Positions 26,072 to 38,263 of a stretch of DNA of 64,000 bases are shown here, piece by piece. The notes under the pieces were generated by a model that did no database searches, was not told the DNA's origin, and saw nothing but the letters and a program-made list of their open reading frames with translations. Position 1 is the stretch's first letter. Each line of letters starts with the position of its first letter. The DNA comes from Phallusia mammillata (Eukaryota). The stretch spans positions 18,290,001 to 18,354,000 of the forward strand of contig OZ281497.1 in NCBI GenBank assembly GCA_965637545.1, given 5' to 3'. Position numbers and translations under genes: made by a program.

Positions 26072-26429
26072 CAGAGTTGCAAGTCGGGCTGGACTTTTCG
26101 GGCCGGGTTCGGGCTTAGGTATTTGTGAGAAAACGGGCTTAAAACGGGCCTGACTTTACGTTCCGTGTCCGGCATTGTTTTTTAAATAAAATTACTCAGC
26201 TAAGTAACAATTCTCTGGCTTTGACCTAATGCCCACCCTCCTATAAAACGTATTGTTTACCCCATTGTCTACTAGTGTTCATTGTGTTTGTTGTCTTTCT
26301 CATCCTTTGTTGCAAGGCTTTCTTGGATAAGCCTGTCAATCAAAATTTCGGGCCTAAACGGGCTTTGCAAAAACGTTTCGGGTTTGGGCCGGGCTTATAC
26401 TTTCGGGTTCGGGCCCGCTTACAACTTTG
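26072..26429. mobile_element. hAT-like MITE (358 bp)
   Basis: Imperfect TIRs cagagttgcaagtcgggc / gcccgcttacaactttg. Perfect 8-bp TSD ATATGCAT at 26064-26071 and 26430-26437. Subterminal cgggc repeats. Confidence 0.85.
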
Positions 26430-27162
26430 ATATGCATAATAATCTTACTTTACCTAAAATTTTAGCGTCATATTCCTCTTCGGGAATTTGCGCGCGTGAT
26501 TGGTACTGTAGCTACTTATTAAGGAGTCCTTAATGTGATCGAGAACAGCTATTACGAAGAAAAAGCGGTCCGCTACCACTACCCAACTGTAAACAATTAT
26601 GGAACGTTTCGTTTCATATCTTTTTGGTGGCTTAACGACATCATATGAGTCCATATGCAAAGCTACACCAGTTTATAACACCGACGATGGCGTGACTATT
26701 TGGACCATCGTGCTCCACAGTCGTTCTAAAACTGTGATCCACGGAGTTGTGGGGACTTGCATCAATTTGGTACATATGCTTGTGATTGCGCAATTTCAAA
26801 ACTGCGCATTGCAACATGTGAAGCCACACAATGATTTAAGACAAAATATTTTGACCTGTAATTTTGAAATACGTTCTTTAGTCAAACGCAAAAAAACAGT
26901 TGCCGACTTATTAGATATTATCGTTCGGCTGACAATTTTTTCCAATTTTGCCACGGTAAGTCGCAGTATCACGAAACGCCCCACTTGACACATAAACCAG
27001 CAGACAAAGATATATTGTAGATTTTTGTGTGTATGTGTACAAAAGCTTGTGTTCTATAAAACGATACGAGTATAATTGATTTGAGATATATACACAACCA
27101 AAGAGAGACGAGACGTTTACAGCAAAATGTGTATAACAAACCTACATACAAAGGCATATATG

Positions 27163-27543
27163 CAGGGTTGCCATCGACTTGAAACCAAAAATAAGGACAA
27201 TCGAAAAATGAATTTTTCATACGAAACAAAACAAACGTTTTTGGACAAATCTTTTGCAGTTATACAAGCCATACCATATCATATGCAATATTTTGGCAAA
27301 AACAATCTGTTTCAGTCACTTCTTGTTCGTAGAAAATACTTTGTGCATCTCACAACAGCTCAGGTCTATGTTTACTTTTACTTGTAATAGGGATTTGACC
27401 AGTAATTGTTGAAAATAAGACAAAAGAAGGACTCAAGTCAAAAATAAGGACATTTCTTAGAAATAAGGACAATAAACTTTTCTAAGACATAGCCCTTCAA
27501 ACTAAGGACAAATCTTAGAAATAAGGACGGTATGGCAACCCTG
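27163..27543. mobile_element. hAT-like MITE (381 bp) with AATAAGGAC subterminal repeats
   Basis: TIRs CAGGGTTGCCAT at both ends. Perfect 8-bp TSD CATATATG at 27155-27162 and 27544-27551. Confidence 0.9.
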
Positions 27544-28716
27544 CATATATGTATATAATGGTGCGAATAAAACATAAAAAAGGTGAAGCAAAAATTATGT
27601 AACGAAGCCGCCGCCTAGCATCGCTGGATGAAAACGAACTGCTACAAATGACGGCTACGAAACAATACTGCATTTGCGGAACCACTGCCAATACATTGCG
27701 ATTAGTAATATGTATAGTGTGCTGGGTAAATAGGATAAATATAGTTGCAAAGCGGTGTGATGATTAGTAATCTAGCAGTAATCGATAATGTACAAATGAT
27801 TATATGGGACGGACAAAGCAACGACGCACCTACGAATAACTACGGTTCAGGCAGTTTCTACTGTCAAGTTTGTGTGTAAAAAAACGATCCGAAAAAATCA
27901 GAGGTCTTGTGCAATACTAAATAAATAAAAAAGCATTTTCGAGTCATGGTATTGGTGTTAGAATTACAAATAGACACGCCTAACTGAGTACAACAGGTTT
28001 TGGGCCAATTCGTGAAGAAAAAAATGCGTTCTTGGTGTACTACAAAAAACAAATTTATACATTTTTTTACAGCAACACAATTTTTTTGGTTATTTCACGT
28101 GCTTCAAACGCTATTATCGAAATTCTGTACCAGCAAATATCGCAAAATTACAGAATTGACACTGTTTGTTACATTTTTCCTGTATACTTGATCAGCGAAT
28201 AGGAGGATGCGTTAAGGGGCCATGGTTAAAAAATTACGCAGTGGGACAACGACGTATGTACATAAGCAACTACGCAGGGGTAATACTGGGACGGCACGCA
28301 CTAAATACGATAACACGTGACAGTACCGTTAGGATGTATCGCGACTGAGTGTGATGTTTACATGATAGTAAACAGACTGGACATATTTACAGGCGACGAA
28401 ACGAGAAAAGGACACATAGAACATACATCGGTATTAAAACGCTTTACAGAGTTTTGCAAAAATTCTTGCCTCCAAACAGTGAGACGTGTACGCAACATAC
28501 CAGAGGTTTCTTAACCCAAGAATGATTGGTGATTTCGGTTTATCAATTATGTATGCACACGTAATTAAGCAAGCAGGCCAAGATTATTTTGTCAGTCAAT
28601 TGTTTAAATGTGCATGGAAAAAAATTAGTAGGCAGGCATGCTATTTTTATCCCAATAATATTTGAAACTTGCTTTGTTTTGGAAAGTTTGACAAGATTTA
28701 AACCAAGCAATCTAAA

Positions 28717-31586
28717 CTAGTGAAGGACTTCAAGTAAGCTTCTTTCTGAGACTGATCCTCTGTTGTTTGAGGCCAAACACTCATACCAACCAGCATCATC
28801 ACCAGTTATTGGGTCAACCTGAAATAAAAAATTATGTTATGTCGATTGTTATATAAGACCAAAGACATCTAATAGTAAACATTTAAAACACGATCCGTTT
28901 CTTTATTAAAACACACCAAGATGCTGCTGTTTTGTAACAAAGGATTAAACTTACCAAAACCCAAGCTGATATCTTATTCTTGTCAGGCCCACCACGTATT
29001 TGAACAGCTATGTTTAATCTGTCTGAAGGCATCTCCTCAAAAACATTTTGGTCTTCCAGCAAAACCTATCAAGAGTGGGTAATGATTTCAAAGTAACACT
29101 GGCTTATTGGATGGCCAATAAAACCCACCTTTCTAAACAATATTTGTGGAGTAGGAATTCCATAAGCTTCACAGGCAATGTACACTCTCTCACCAGTTCT
29201 GTTGGCAACATTTACTGGGATTCTGGTCAATACTGGTGCTGAAATACAAATTAATGAAGAAATTTAATATTATCATATGTAAACAATTTCAATGGGATAA
29301 AATTGGCCCAGGATTTGTGTTTGGGGGATAATTAAAGCTTGAGCAAACGCCCGAGAATACCAAATCAATTGTGCCAGCTTGACAAGCTTGTGATGTGAAA
29401 TTCAATAACTTTGATTTACAGCATAAAAAATAACAAACCAATGACCTAAGTAAATCTTTTACACAAAAGTGATTTAGTCCCTCTCAACATAGAGTAAATA
29501 TTCAACTGGCCCATATACAATACAACCAGTCAGTCTACTCCCCTTATGTCAACAACTTGAGCAGTCTAATATCTGATATAACTGTAGGGTGGCAAAAAAC
29601 AGGAAACCGAATACCAGAAGGTTTTTCAAGTAGGATTTATAATGAAATGCTTGATACCTTTGCTCGGAACAGAAAACATTTCATTAAGTTTAAAGTTTTG
29701 TAGGACATAAGAACTGAAACACTTTCAGTTTGAAACCGCAAAACTATATGTGTAAAACTGTAAATTTGTGATATTTTTGTGACACTTAAAAATGCACCAT
29801 GTTACAAGAATCTTTTGTTGGTAAAAAATATAATTACCGTTTTTTTAACACCTAATTATAGATGTTTATAACTAAGCAAATAACTATACTGGCAAGAACC
29901 AAGTTAACAACCTATCTCCTGACAAGCATACCCTTTTGTCAAGATTGCTTAATGTCAAAAGACATCACACAGAGATGTATTTTTTTATAAATATGTCTTT
30001 AATCACAACATATCCATTGTCTAGGAACTGTTCTTTTGTTAAACTTAAGCTAAGCCAAACATTGCCAAGAATTTACTCTATTTAAAATGCGAGAATCAAA
30101 CCAACTGATCAAATGTTAAACCTATAATTTGCCCAACAATGTACCAACCTTTTTGACATTCACCACCATAAACAACTCGCAGTTTTGATCCATTTCTTTT
30201 CTTACGAAGCCAAGAAGCAATTTGGAGATCGCATTTTGTGTTATAAGTAATTCCATCTTGCCCACACATTGGTCCCTTTTTAGCATGTTTACATTGGCAT
30301 TGGCCATATACGTCTTCATTATCTAAAAGTACCCAGCAAAAGTTCTTGTAATTAAAAAAAATCTTGATGCTAAAAAAATTATGCAAAGTATAATACACAA
30401 ATGAGATGCAATCGTTTTTTAGAAGCCTACAACAGAATTTCCATAAACATAGTATGATGTAACTTTGTATGGCGACATTTAACAGCTCACCTGTTATGCA
30501 AGAAAATCCATGCCTGTGATCAGACAATGCACAAGGTATTTTAGTTGGACCACCACATATGTCTCCCTCCAGGCCCAAACAAACATCACAGCACTTGCAA
30601 TCATCTTTTACCACAAATTCTGGATGTTCACAAGATACCTAAGTGATGAAAAAAGTTTGGTTTTCTGCATTTTGTAATGGCGCATTTTGCATGAAGTGAG
30701 ACAAACATTTTTTCAATGCCTTTCACATTAATTTTACAAAACTGCTTAGCTATTTTAAATTTAAAACAAGCCAACATTACCTCTGGACAAACATCGGGAC
30801 AAACACATGTTTCGTCAGTTGCCTTGCTCCAATTACAATGAAGTAGAACCAGTACAAACAAAAAAATATTGTTCATCACTCTCTGCAATACAATCTGTTA
30901 TTCATGAAATGTGTTGTTTTATAAATACCAAATTAATGACAAAATGTTAGAATGTGTACAACGCTGCATATACAAAAAACTCAGGTTGCACAATTGGTCG
31001 CTCTAGATCAGTGGTTCTCAACATTTTTTCTTTCTTGGCCCATTTTCGTTGCATGAAAATTCTGTGGCCCAGTAAAATTTTATGAAAGAAAAAGAAAACT
31101 ACAAAATTGGTTCAGAACAAAACAACAACTGCAGAACATATTTACAACCCTCTTTCTTGACCAAACACATTTCACAAACCAGCATCAGACAGAAACGAAT
31201 ATTTTGGGGTTTAATGGGTAAATCTTTTTTTAAGGTACAAAATTCTTTGAAATGTCTTATATTGCACCAAACAACAAAGCATATAACTCCTTAATGAAGT
31301 ACTTTAGCAAGTATAGCCAAAATTTCACGTTTTGGGGGTCTGTGGGTGAACCGAGGGATCAAACGGGGTCAAAATTCACATTCACCATCTTTAGACCAAT
31401 ATCTATAATGTGTGTAAATTTGAAAAAGTTTGAACCATTCTTTCTTGACCAAAATGTGGGAACAAATCCGCGACAGAAAAAAAATAGACAAAAACAATAT
31501 GTGTCCCCTTCAGGGAAGGGGGCCCATAATAACTATATAATAAAAACCACCAAATGAGTAGCACTTACCTTTGTTTCTTTGGCCAT
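28717..31586 (-). CDS. Secreted IGFBP-Kazal-Ig protein of the IGFBP7/KAZALD1/IGFBPL1 family, ~254 aa
   Basis: Exons 31586-31569 (MAKETK, tentative; alternative ATG at 30876), 30882-30781, 30638-30491, 30322-30149, 29238-29129, 29065-28955, 28818-28717. Signal peptide. IB domain DDCKCCDVC...CGG. Kazal CGQDGITYNTKC. Ig domain IACEAYGIPTP...IAVQIRGGPDK...DAGWYECLASN. Confidence 0.9.
31009..31080 (+). mobile_element. Left-end fragment of a hAT-type MITE related to the 45442 element
   Basis: cagtggttctcaac...tggccc start preceded by ctcTAgat. No right TIR found. Confidence 0.5.
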
Positions 31587-32277
31587 GACGACGAACACCG
31601 ATCTCCCCTCCGCACGGCTGGTGTAGGTCGGGCCGTGTATTACGGCTGACTGGCAAGTAATCGCCGATTCTATGGCGCCTGTTGGAAGAAGGAAAAACGC
31701 TTGTTGACATATCGGACGGCAAGATTGTCCGGTAGCTGCTGCCAGTTGTCTGTTGCTTGGGGTGGGGAGTTGAATTGACGGCGCAAAATATGTCACATTA
31801 TTGTTGACACCAAAACGGTGCAGAATTTTCACCCCGAGAGTTACGACTGACCAACATGAATTTGGTATACATACCAGCGTGTGTTAATAATGCAAGAAGG
31901 GCCATTGTGTTTTTACATCTGGCTACCAGTCCGCTTTGGGGAGAACCAAATATCTTCGCTATTGTTAAAGTAATCCTTGGGCAGGTCCTATAAAAGTGTT
32001 TGTCGAGTTTATACGTGTAATTGTGACAAAACAGTCAATTTAATGGCCGAACAATGAGGTCGCTCCAATCGAATCGTTGCGCTCAGTGGTATTTTACAGT
32101 CTTTCGTGATAGCTTAGCAAACTAAGTTGCTAGGTAATTTGGCGTTATTGTTGCGTATAAGTGGAAAGTTAGTGCGTGTTGCACAATTGCAGATGTAGAC
32201 TACTCCGCCCGTACACTGTGACAATTCTTGAATCTTTCACTGCGTGTTCAGTGGAGGTTATCTGTTTGAAGGGGACC

Positions 32278-34102
32278 ATGTTGCAAAGACTAGCCAAAGG
32301 GGCCCATCGATCCAACGGCGCCGACGGCAATACGCCCAATGGAATGCAAAATAATCAAGGTAAAAAATCTTAAATTGTTGGGGGATGTAATCAGGACAAA
32401 ACTAATGTCACTTAAAATGATTAATAGGAATGTTTGCAGTAAATGCACCAGAACCACCTACTGTAGGAAAGGTTGATCATCACAGCATAGAACTGTTTTG
32501 GGAACATGATAGTGATGTCCATTCTGGTGACAAACGGTACCGATGGTGTTGGGTAGTCATTTAAATGTTTTTGTATTATCTATTTATGTTTTGGCAGAGT
32601 CAAATTTACACTTCAAGAGGAAGACCGAAGGACAAAAGAGTACAAAACTGTTTACAAGTAAAATTACTGATCACAAAAATGTTACAATTTTTGTACTGAC
32701 GCCACTTTGTTATTGCATGTTAGTGGGTTTGCTGATACATATAAAATTGAGGGTCTTGATCCACTCCAAAAATATACTTACTGCTTGCAAGTGAGCACAA
32801 GTGCTGGAGACATTTCAATCAGTCCACCAATAACTGTTTGCACAACAAGTACGATGATGTTTATTAATGTGCATGCAACGAAGTCTAAATGTTTACCATT
32901 ATATATACTTTGTAAATAAATGTAGAAGAGCCATACAACAGTGAACAACTTCACCGGTCTGTTTTGAAAGGAGATAAGGAGACACTAATAAAAATATTGG
33001 AATCTGGGTATGAGTTTTATGTGTATCTATTTATTGGTTCATTATGATGACATTAAATAAATTGTCTTTGCAGGGATGTGAATGTGGATGTGACTGATAA
33101 ACTTGGATTTACTCCTCTTATGAATGGTTCACAAAAGGGTTTTCTTGAGTAAGCAACCCACAATGTCACTAACTTTTCAAATAGTGTAACTTTAAAAATA
33201 CTTTGCAGTATTGTGGAAACTCTCATAGCTCATCGTGCAGATGTCATCATGACAAATAGCATCGGAAAAAATAGGTGGAAGAACATTGTTTGTAAATAGC
33301 AGAAACATCATATTGATCACAGATATTTTGTAGTATGATGCTTGCATGTTTCTCTGGGCATGAGGCTGTTGCTAGGAAACTAAAAGAAGCTGGAACAGCG
33401 TGGGATTGCACTGACAGGGGAGGAAGTACTGCTCTGCACTGGGCAGTGGATGGTGCTAACTGCCACCTAATTGAGTGGATGATTGAAGATGGTGCCCCAG
33501 TATGTTTATTATTTGCCATGTTGCAACTGTATGATGATTTACCATTACAACAACGATGTAGGTGGATATTCATGATAAAGCTTCAGAATGGACACCACTG
33601 ATGAGATGTGCTGCTTTGAGTGGCAATGTTAAAGTTGCAACAGTTCTGATAAAAGCTGGGTCTGCAATAGATGCTGTTGACAAGTAAATATTTTTGTTCC
33701 AACTATAGTTGCCATGAATTGCCTTTGTTACTTAACTTCTTTACAGCAAAGGTAACACACCACTGATGATTGCTGCTCTAAATGGACATTTGGCATTGGT
33801 AGAGCTCCTTGTTTCCAGTGGTGCAAACCTGCTTGCCAAAAGCAAGGTTTGTTAACTAACCAGTGTTTGCTGTCTTAGAATGACATGTTAATAAAAGTGA
33901 ATTATTTTTAGCATGGAAAAACTGCCCTGGAAATGGCTCATTCTTTTGACAGGAGGGTAAGTTTATAGAATGTGAATTACTTAGTTAAGTTAAACTTCAA
34001 TTTGTTTGTGGTTACCAGCCTGTTGTGAAATTTCTGGAATCTGCAATTGAAGCAATGAATGAACAAAGAGCAAATACAAGTGATACCTCCATCAACATTT
34101 AA
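32278..34102 (+). CDS. FANK1: Fibronectin type III and ankyrin repeat protein, 12 exons, ~367 aa
   Basis: Exons 32278-32359, 32440-32536, 32598-32657, 32724-32848, 32926-33007, 33074-33148, 33209-33274, 33334-33499, 33562-33683, 33747-33846, 33912-33956, 34019-34102. FN3 (PEPPTVGKVDHHSIELFW...YTYCLQV), then ankyrin repeats (GFTPLM, GSTALHWAVDG, WTPLMR, GNTPLMIAALNGH, GKTALEMA). Confidence 0.92.
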
Positions 34103-34475
34103 TTCTCCAAAATCTTCTTCATGCGAGTTCCAGGGTGTTTTTAGCATTTGCACTGCCTGTACAACTACATTGTCCAAGTCGATAGCCACCAATAGTGGTA
34201 GCAGTATTTTATCACTTGTGTGCAGTCATTTTCTCCTCAGTGACTTATGTTGCTTGGGTGAATTGTACTGCTGTTTAATTAGCTGCAATAGGTTTTGTTA
34301 CTGTTCATATTTTACACAGTTCGGTGTACATATTTCATTAGTATTTCAACAGAAAAAATATTTTTTTGTAGAACATTTTAGTTGTGATAATATATTCACC
34401 CACAATGATTGTCTATGTGTATATCAATAGGTAAAGAAAAGTATTGCAAGGGAAATTGCACAGGAAATGGAAAGA

Positions 34476-36587
34476 CTATAATTCAGTTTTTGACTTATGT
34501 TGCTTTCTTTGTATTTCTTGATATGACATATTTCTAGAAACAGTGTAGTCCAACAAGTTTGAGTAATTCAACAGAAGTTTTTTCCAGTAGCATTCCACAT
34601 CTTCCATTCGCAGCCTTTGCTCTATGAACCTTTTGCCCCTATAACAAATGACAAACCATGTTAAAAACATTCTATCGAGTTTGTTGTCCAGACAGCAATG
34701 ATTTGACACAACATGTTGCACAAACCATTCCTAAGTTCATAAAAAAGGGGATAGTTAGCCAACATCCTCCAGGGCCTGAGGCCACGAAACTATTCACAAC
34801 CTCTGCAATAGCTCTATTTTACCCAGACAAACAATATATTTTCCTCTTAACTTTGATCAGTTTTTGATTCAGGAGGCAAGGGACTACTGCCCAAGCATTA
34901 TGAGTGAGTCAACAACACTACCTTGTGGCTATCTGTTTCATTAGGTCATCATTCTCCCGAGCGAATTCCAGTAATTCCTCAACATCTTTTAAATCAGTAT
35001 TAACTGGAATGTAGTGAACCCATGGTTTCAAAGCTGGATAAAAGAACTCCAGCCACTCATGTCCAACATGGAACACCAATGAGTTACACAAAAACAGATG
35101 CTTCAAACGAAAACTTGCTGCAACCCCACGAAAATTGAACAGGTATCTAACCAAAAGTAGAAAATAGTCTTTAGAGAATGCAGTGGCATTTTCAGTTATA
35201 CATTATTTAAAAACTGATATATATCGATGCTTAAAATTGATGTCTTGATTGACTAACAAAATTAATTACCATGGCTGCAGAAAATTATAAAAACTACCAT
35301 TTTTTCAATGTTAAGATTTATTTGAACTGCAGAGTGAATAAGTCAAGACTAGACATACCAAAAGTAACTTACTTATATTTGCAGTGATCAATAAGATGTA
35401 CAACTTCTGCAGGCTCTGCTCCGAGAGTATCTTTTTCTGATTTCCATGCCTGATTTTTTGTGTACTGTGCATCAACCAGCTCCGGCTTTTTCCTTGAGAG
35501 CAAAACCAATGGATCTCGTTGACTGCTGGTTCTTGACCCTCTGAAGAATGCTGTATTTTGCTTTAAACTCCATGGAAACTCTTTTGATTTTCTAAAAAAG
35601 TTAAGTTGTTAGGTTGAGCTTAAGTCGTTCAACACTTTGTAAACACACACTTCGCAAGTTCTTCTCTCATTTGATCCCATCTACCGAGACCAGTAGGGTA
35701 AAGTGGATACACAGCTGGACCACCTTGCCAAAAGGTCCATGCTGGATACATTATATCACAATGCACATCTTTCTATAACACACACAATGTATCAAATTCC
35801 TTTAAACAACTTTGGGCGATTGTGTACATTGCACTTACCACTTTGCTAAAGGAAAAAACTGGTAGATGCCTTGCATGCCGATTGGATTGTGGCCAATCAT
35901 GAACATTGATGCCAAATTCCATGTTGGGAAGTTCATCAATTATGTTCAAAATAAAATGCTCCACTCCTGAGCACCTACAAATGCATGTTAGCTTAACTTT
36001 AGGATCATACTGGTAATATTTGCAATCGTGTTGTTAGTCTTAACAAATATAGATGTGAAGATTTATAGCCTACATGAAACTATTCAAGGCACATTTTTTG
36101 TTTTCTTCACTGGATGTGGATGTGTTTTAAAGTATTTGCTAACCAACTATCAATGTTACCTATTTTTTAAAGCTAATCATAATCTAGGTTTTTTATAGGC
36201 ATTAAATATTACCTGCTTGGAAACATACATTTTTCCTCTCGATACAATTTGTGGTCAATTATTTGATAGTGAACAGATTTTTCCAAAGCACTGTCAACAT
36301 CATCTTTAGTGATTTTTCCCTTTTCTCTCCAGATCTTCAAATCATAATCTATCACATCAGCATGACAGGTGCAATTACCCTTGCATGGGACATAGCTTTT
36401 CTTTGCTGCTTCAATTTTCTTGATATACTTTGTCCATCTGTCTAAATATTTGCCATATTGTAAAAAACATAGTAAAACTATGTTTGAATGTATTTTTACC
36501 TTTGCCAGCTCCATTGCAGGTCAAAACTGTAACTGTCAGAAACAGAAAATGAAATAATGCAAGTCTAAAACAAATACAAACCTTCAT
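34476..36587 (-). CDS. POGLUT1: Protein O-glucosyltransferase 1 (Rumi/KTELC1), 7 exons, ~393 aa
   Basis: Exons 36587-36500, 36441-36213, 35974-35839, 35772-35651, 35591-35373, 35146-34922, 34638-34476. Motifs [63 protein letters not shown]-terminal ER-retention signal KTEL. Confidence 0.97.
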
Positions 36588-36966
36588 TACTTTTGCTGCA
36601 CAATAAAAATGAAACATAATAATAAAAACATAACAACATTGCACTTCTGAGGGTACAACATAATAAATATTTATGGCACAGCTACTGTGATGTTGATTTT
36701 TTTTAAAATATCAGAGTTGTTTTGCATAATTGAGCAACATAATCAATACATTGTATGTAGTTCACTATGCAGGTGTGTATACACTTTCATAGACACTTAA
36801 AAAAGGGTTTGAAGCACTTTTTTAGTAGCCATACAGTGTTTACTAAACACAGAAAGACCCATCACTTTATTTTGCACGGTGCAAAAATCCAGTTGCACTT
36901 TAGCACTCTTCTTTTGAAAGTGGAACCAACTGCTTGCTATGCTAGGAAATATCAGTAAAAATAAGA

Positions 36967-37533
36967 CTAGCTGGGTGTACTTTGTTGATCAATGCCTCCT
37001 GTTTGTGATAAATGTTTAATTGGGTCAACCCAGTTCCACCCTCTTGGTCTTTCACCCATCATGTTTACCCTGTCCGCCATTTTACGTTTCTGTGCTTTTG
37101 TAAGCTGTTCTTTTTTAACTTTTGGTTTAGCAACAGGCTGCTTTGGTTCATTTAATGGTTCATCGACAGGTTTGGAAACCTGTAACAGCTGGTTTTTCAT
37201 AAGATCTTCATGATTTTCCTTTGCCCAATCAATAATTGAGTATAACATGGCTTCTCCAATGAGTCCACTAGCTTGCTCGGTCAGCTGATTTTGCACATCT
37301 GCTTTAACAGAGTCCAGTATGTGGTTGTTGTAGAAGGCATCCAAATTAATTTCAGGTGGAACCTCAGGATAGGTTGGAGGCCAAATAAATTCGATAAGAA
37401 ATGACTTTGCATGTCCGTCTTCACCAATTTTATACTGGTAACATGTGTCATTAACTTGTTTAAAGTTTGAATCGTCTTCAAAGATCGAGGCAAGAACTTC
37501 TTGTTCCTCACTTTGTTCTTCAGTTAACGACAT
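36967..37533 (-). CDS. RWDD4: RWD domain-containing protein 4, single coding exon, 188 aa
   Basis: EQEVLASIFEDD, YPEVPP, and the C-terminal KKEQLTKAQKRK...GERPRGWNWVDPIKHLS typical of RWDD4. Confidence 0.93.
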   Translation of the reverse strand: MSLTEEQSEEQEVLASIFEDDSNFKQVNDTCYQYKIGEDGHAKSFLIEFIWPPTYPEVPPEINLDAFYNNHILDSVKADVQNQLTEQASGLIGEAMLYSIIDWAKENHEDLMKNQLLQVSKPVDEPLNEPKQPVAKPKVKKEQLTKAQKRKMADRVNMMGERPRGWNWVDPIKHLSQTGGIDQQSTPS

Positions 37534-38263
37534 ATTATTACACATACAAAAGTACCTTTGCAATAAAAAATCTATTAATTTTTACAACTACATCAACACT
37601 TCACAATAACTTGTGCCTTTCATTATAGATGGCTTTTAACTGTCCTTTTGATCAATAATTGCTGGTTGATGAATTATGCCTGTCAACAACATCATATTCA
37701 TTGATGCACGATAATGGTTTAGACAGGCCAGTATTCATAACGTATTTACATCGAGTTTTGTTGTTGGCAACAAGTTTTAAAACTAATTTGAATCAATAGG
37801 TTTACTTTTGTGTTTACTGAACAATGTCCACAGTCACACTCCACATCATAACTTTCTAGTTCTACAGCAGAGAGCGGAGTGCACACTGCTTTCCCTTTTG
37901 TCACGTGCGGCAGTTGCAAAACCTGTTTTACAACAGCATCAATATAAAAATTGTACCCGAATAAAATAATCTAAAATGTTTGAAAAAATATGTGATTTGA
38001 TTTTTCAACTATAATATGTTTTTGTTTATCTGTTATTTAAACAAACAAGACTAAAAAATGAGTTCTTATACTTTGCATTCGTATATTTAGGAGTTTTCTC
38101 ATGGAACATGAACAGGCGGGAAATGGTGTGTTTTTGTTTTTTGATAAATTTGCAACGCTAATTGTTAAAAGTGTATGTGACTATCTGTGTTGTATTTTGC
38201 GGAGTGCTCTGATTTAAAATAATCTAGTTGCATTTTGCGTTCAGTGCTTGAGCCGACATTGTG

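Noticed and set aside
27860-28520. Possible piggyBac-like remnant (TTAA-CCC end near 28511)
   Set aside because: No matching second terminus or transposase motif was found.
34431-34481. Possible FANK1 last exon [16 protein letters not shown]
   Set aside because: The nearer exon 34019-34102 (PVVKFLE) fits FANK1 better, and this one overlaps the POGLUT1 stop antisense.
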